The notes below the pieces were generated by a model that was given only the letters and a program-made list of their open reading frames with translations, searched no databases and was not told the origin of the DNA. From contig OY969425.1 of the NCBI GenBank assembly GCA_963699255.1, forward strand, positions 840,001 to 872,000: DNA of 32,000 bases. The letters run 5' to 3'. This document shows positions 29,639 to 32,000 of the stretch, piece after piece. Position numbers and translations under genes: made by a program. The stretch comes from an uncultured bacterium. GTDB lineage: Bacteria; Margulisbacteria; WOR-1; CAVSGV01. The stretch's first letter is position 1. Each line of letters starts with the position of its first letter.

Positions 29639-31108
29639 ATGATTGAAGAGCTTGAATACTTAACTTTGAATGAAATGAAAGCTTTACTCAATTCCATCGA
29701 CGACACCCGCGACCGGGCAATTATTGCTCTATTTCTTAATACGGGCCTCTTCTTGAACGAGGTAACCTCCCTGAAAGTCGACTCAATCGACTGGAAGAAA
29801 AAGTCACTTTCCGTCCCCGGCAACAGGAAAAGAACTATCCCACTGAATGACCAGGTTTTTGAGGCGCTTGCCAAGTGGTCGAAAGAGCGTCCGTCGGGCA
29901 AGATTCCCGATCTTTTTGTCACCACAAAAGGAGAGCTGAAAGACCTCAGCAGCCGCGGCGTCGATTATCTGATAAGAAAGTACGCTGAACAGGCTGGCAT
30001 AAAGAAACGGGTTAATCCGCAGATACTTCGCAATACATTTGCGGTCCGGTTATTCTCAGAAGAACCCTCCGTGGAAAAAGCTTCTGCCATTCTGGGTATA
30101 TCCGATCCGGAATCGGTAAATCGCTATATACAGGCCTCCAAGCGACCGCCGGCCAAGGTCGAGATAACTGAAAAGCTTGAGCATATCGATACCCGCCATC
30201 CTCTTGTTAAAGCCGTTTCCAAGATGTTCCCTACTAAGCCGAAAATCGTTAAGCCAACGACCGCAATAAAAGGCGCTATTACCCCAAGCCCCGAAGAAGT
30301 GATTTTCGGCAGAGAGAATATAATCAGCGATATAAAAGCTGATATCGGCAAAAGCCAGTCTGTTCTATTGACAGGTCCTTTGGGGATAGGCAAAACACAT
30401 CTATTGAAGCACATGTCCAAAGCGTTGGGGCCTAATACATTATATATCTCTTCTCCCACTCCGCTAAAGATTGTCCTTACGCAAATTCTCAACAAGCTTG
30501 ATCCTGCATGGCAGGAGCAATTAAATACAAGAGCTTCAACGAAAGAGATAGCCGATTACATCGTGAAAATAAAGGGCGCAAAGCCCCCTATCCTGATAAT
30601 CGACAATTTGAACAACATAAAAATATCGGATATCGACCCTATCTTGACCTTACTGGATAACTTCCCCATACTTGCCGCGGCTGACGAGACAAAACCGAAG
30701 CTCAAACAGGTCTGGTGGAAGTTCAAGGAGATCGAGCTTCCGCCGTTAAAAGAGGATTCCTCGAAGGAGCTTATCAAATACCTGACGCAGAACCTAACTA
30801 TCAGCGATTATGAAATGCTTGAAACAAGGATATTGACCCTGTCAAACGGCCTTCCCCTTGCAATCGTTGACATGATCCATCAGATAAGCCATATCCCGAT
30901 GGTTTCAAAAGATGTTATTCGTGATGTTTACCACGAAGCCGGAATACATTATCGCGACTGGACAACCGTTATAATTTTCATTTACTGGATAGCTGTCATT
31001 TTCAGGTTCGTCGCGCTTGGCACAAAAAGTTATGAGGCCTATTTTCTCGCCGGTTTCGGCGTGACTCTTTTGATGATCTTAAGAAATGTTATGTCGATGT
31101 TGAAATAA
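29639..31108 (+). CDS. Fusion protein: degenerate tyrosine-recombinase-like domain, then a STAND/NB-ARC-like P-loop NTPase, then two C-terminal TM helices
   Basis: The N-terminal about 165 aa follow the integrase catalytic-domain pattern, but TGLFLNEV replaces TGLRxSE, QILRNTFA replaces HxLRHTFA and LGISD replaces LGH; the RYIQ Tyr is kept. The middle region has FGRE...LLTGPLGIGKTHLL, ILIIDNLN, FPILAAAD, IELPPL and NGLPLAI. The C-terminus is WTTVIIFIYWIAVIFRFVALG...FLAGFGVTLLMIL. Confidence 0.65.
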   Translation: MIEELEYLTLNEMKALLNSIDDTRDRAIIALFLNTGLFLNEVTSLKVDSIDWKKKSLSVPGNRKRTIPLNDQVFEALAKWSKERPSGKIPDLFVTTKGELKDLSSRGVDYLIRKYAEQAGIKKRVNPQILRNTFAVRLFSEEPSVEKASAILGISDPESVNRYIQASKRPPAKVEITEKLEHIDTRHPLVKAVSKMFPTKPKIVKPTTAIKGAITPSPEEVIFGRENIISDIKADIGKSQSVLLTGPLGIGKTHLLKHMSKALGPNTLYISSPTPLKIVLTQILNKLDPAWQEQLNTRASTKEIADYIVKIKGAKPPILIIDNLNNIKISDIDPILTLLDNFPILAAADETKPKLKQVWWKFKEIELPPLKEDSSKELIKYLTQNLTISDYEMLETRILTLSNGLPLAIVDMIHQISHIPMVSKDVIRDVYHEAGIHYRDWTTVIIFIYWIAVIFRFVALGTKSYEAYFLAGFGVTLLMILRNVMSMLK

Positions 31109-31112
31109 GAAT

Positions 31113-31397
31113 ATGCCTATCAGCACAAACCTAAATAAGATTGATAAATATTATAAAACTTGGGCTAAATGCTCTACCGTTCTCTCGGAGCATTGGTGTG
31201 ATGAAAACAGATTTTATGCTTTTATAAAATCAATAATCAGATATACCAGGAGTAAATCAAAATATAGTAGCAATTGGCTTGCTGACAAGCTTAGAAAAGA
31301 CAATTTTAAAGAGGATTTCATCGAAAAACATGTCCGTAAATATGAGGTTATTAGACATTATTTAGATGCTCCTTTTTATCGGGAGGAATACAAATAA
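31113..31397 (+). CDS. Hypothetical small basic protein (94 aa), markedly AT-rich gene
   Basis: The ORF starts 4 nt after the upstream stop, and its own stop abuts the next start (TAAATG). I recognise no family. By eye its GC content is clearly below that of its neighbours. Confidence 0.4.
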   Translation: MPISTNLNKIDKYYKTWAKCSTVLSEHWCDENRFYAFIKSIIRYTRSKSKYSSNWLADKLRKDNFKEDFIEKHVRKYEVIRHYLDAPFYREEYK

Positions 31398-32000
31398 ATG
31401 CTCGCCCCAACTCATAGCGTATTTGGTATCTTTTTAACGCTGATATTCCTGGCAGTGTTCGGGATTCAGTGGGGTCTTCATTGGACGATAATTCTTGTCG
31501 CTATTTTTGGCGCGATCGTTCCCGACATCGACCACCCCCGCTCCGTCATAGGAAAGCTATTCCCTTTTATCTCCATTCCCCTTGAGCGCAAATACGGCCA
31601 TCGAACGATAACCCATTCATTCATCGGCTGGGCTATCTTCACCGCCATTTTCGCTTTAATTGTTCTATTTGCAGCTTTGATCTTTGGATTCATTTTTAAG
31701 TTTGATGCTTGGATTTGGGAATTAGCGCCAAGATGGACAGCTGCATTCTCGATCAGCTACATGTCTCATTTAATATTGGATATGTTCAACCGGCGCGGCA
31801 GCCAGATGTTCTGGCCGGACACCAGCAGAGACGTTATCCCGAAAAATCCGAAGTTCAGGCCTGAATCGGGATCAAGCGGTGAATTACTGATCTTCTTTAT
31901 TCTCTTCGTACTGATGCTCTTTGCTTTTCCGATCTCCAAATACGGGATAGCAAGTTCGCTTCGCTGGCTTATGGCTACCCCCGGATCAGCCATCAAGGAG
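31398..32000 (+). CDS. Membrane-bound metal-dependent hydrolase of the DUF457/YdjM family; 3' end lies outside the window
   Basis: This ORF is not in the track because it runs off the window. Translation gives MLAPTHSVFGIFL...IVPDIDHPRS...GHRTITHSFIGW...SYMSHLILDMFNRRGSQMFWP. The His/Asp motifs and multi-TM layout match YdjM-like proteins. Confidence 0.7.
   Translation, partial: MLAPTHSVFGIFLTLIFLAVFGIQWGLHWTIILVAIFGAIVPDIDHPRSVIGKLFPFISIPLERKYGHRTITHSFIGWAIFTAIFALIVLFAALIFGFIFKFDAWIWELAPRWTAAFSISYMSHLILDMFNRRGSQMFWPDTSRDVIPKNPKFRPESGSSGELLIFFILFVLMLFAFPISKYGIASSLRWLMATPGSAIKE

Noticed and set aside
28641-29640. An integron reading: integrase gene, attI with direct repeats, and cassettes with attC sites.
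   Set aside because: The recombinase-like domain lacks the catalytic Arg and His residues. There is no GTTRRRY core site at the repeats, no ORF-containing cassettes and no attC-type imperfect palindromes with R'/R'' boxes.

Overview
The window looks like about 47% GC DNA from a diderm bacterium, probably an uncultured lineage. It falls into four blocks.

(1) 1-6.9 kb, + strand: a glycan-utilisation locus. It holds the tail of a sugar ABC permease, a GH26-like mannanase with a CBM9-like module and a CBM-like lipoprotein. These are followed by two paralogous secreted beta-sandwich proteins with WxL-like motifs, a two-domain DUF916/PapD-like protein and a 498-aa outer-membrane barrel.

(2) 6.9-11.9 kb, + strand: housekeeping genes pth, mfd and a SurA/PpiC-like PPIase.

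(3) 11.8-28.6 kb, all on the - strand: a dense nitrogen-assimilation supercluster. The gene order is two orphan genes, gltD, gltB, a stand-alone Fis-type HTH, glnA, glnK, amtB, a porin-like gene, a GAF/sigma-54 activator, a second glnA, gdhA and a GAF-ANTAR regulator. Regulatory signals can be read directly from the sequence: two sigma-54 promoters, several near-consensus sigma-70 promoters, two recurring palindromic operator families, and a terminator that all gdhA transcription must cross.

(4) 28.6-32 kb: an ORF-free region of about 1 kb, rich in repeats and hairpins, bracketed by five copies of a 19-bp site. After it comes an apparently leaderless gene that fuses a catalytically degenerate tyrosine-recombinase-like domain to a STAND/NB-ARC-like NTPase and two TM helices. 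A small AT-rich ORF and a DUF457/YdjM-like membrane hydrolase follow; the hydrolase is cut by the window end.

I found no rRNA, tRNA or CRISPR array. The supplied ORF track uses alternative start codons and longest extensions, so I re-set several starts from SD spacing. All homology calls rest on recognising motifs by eye, not on database searches.
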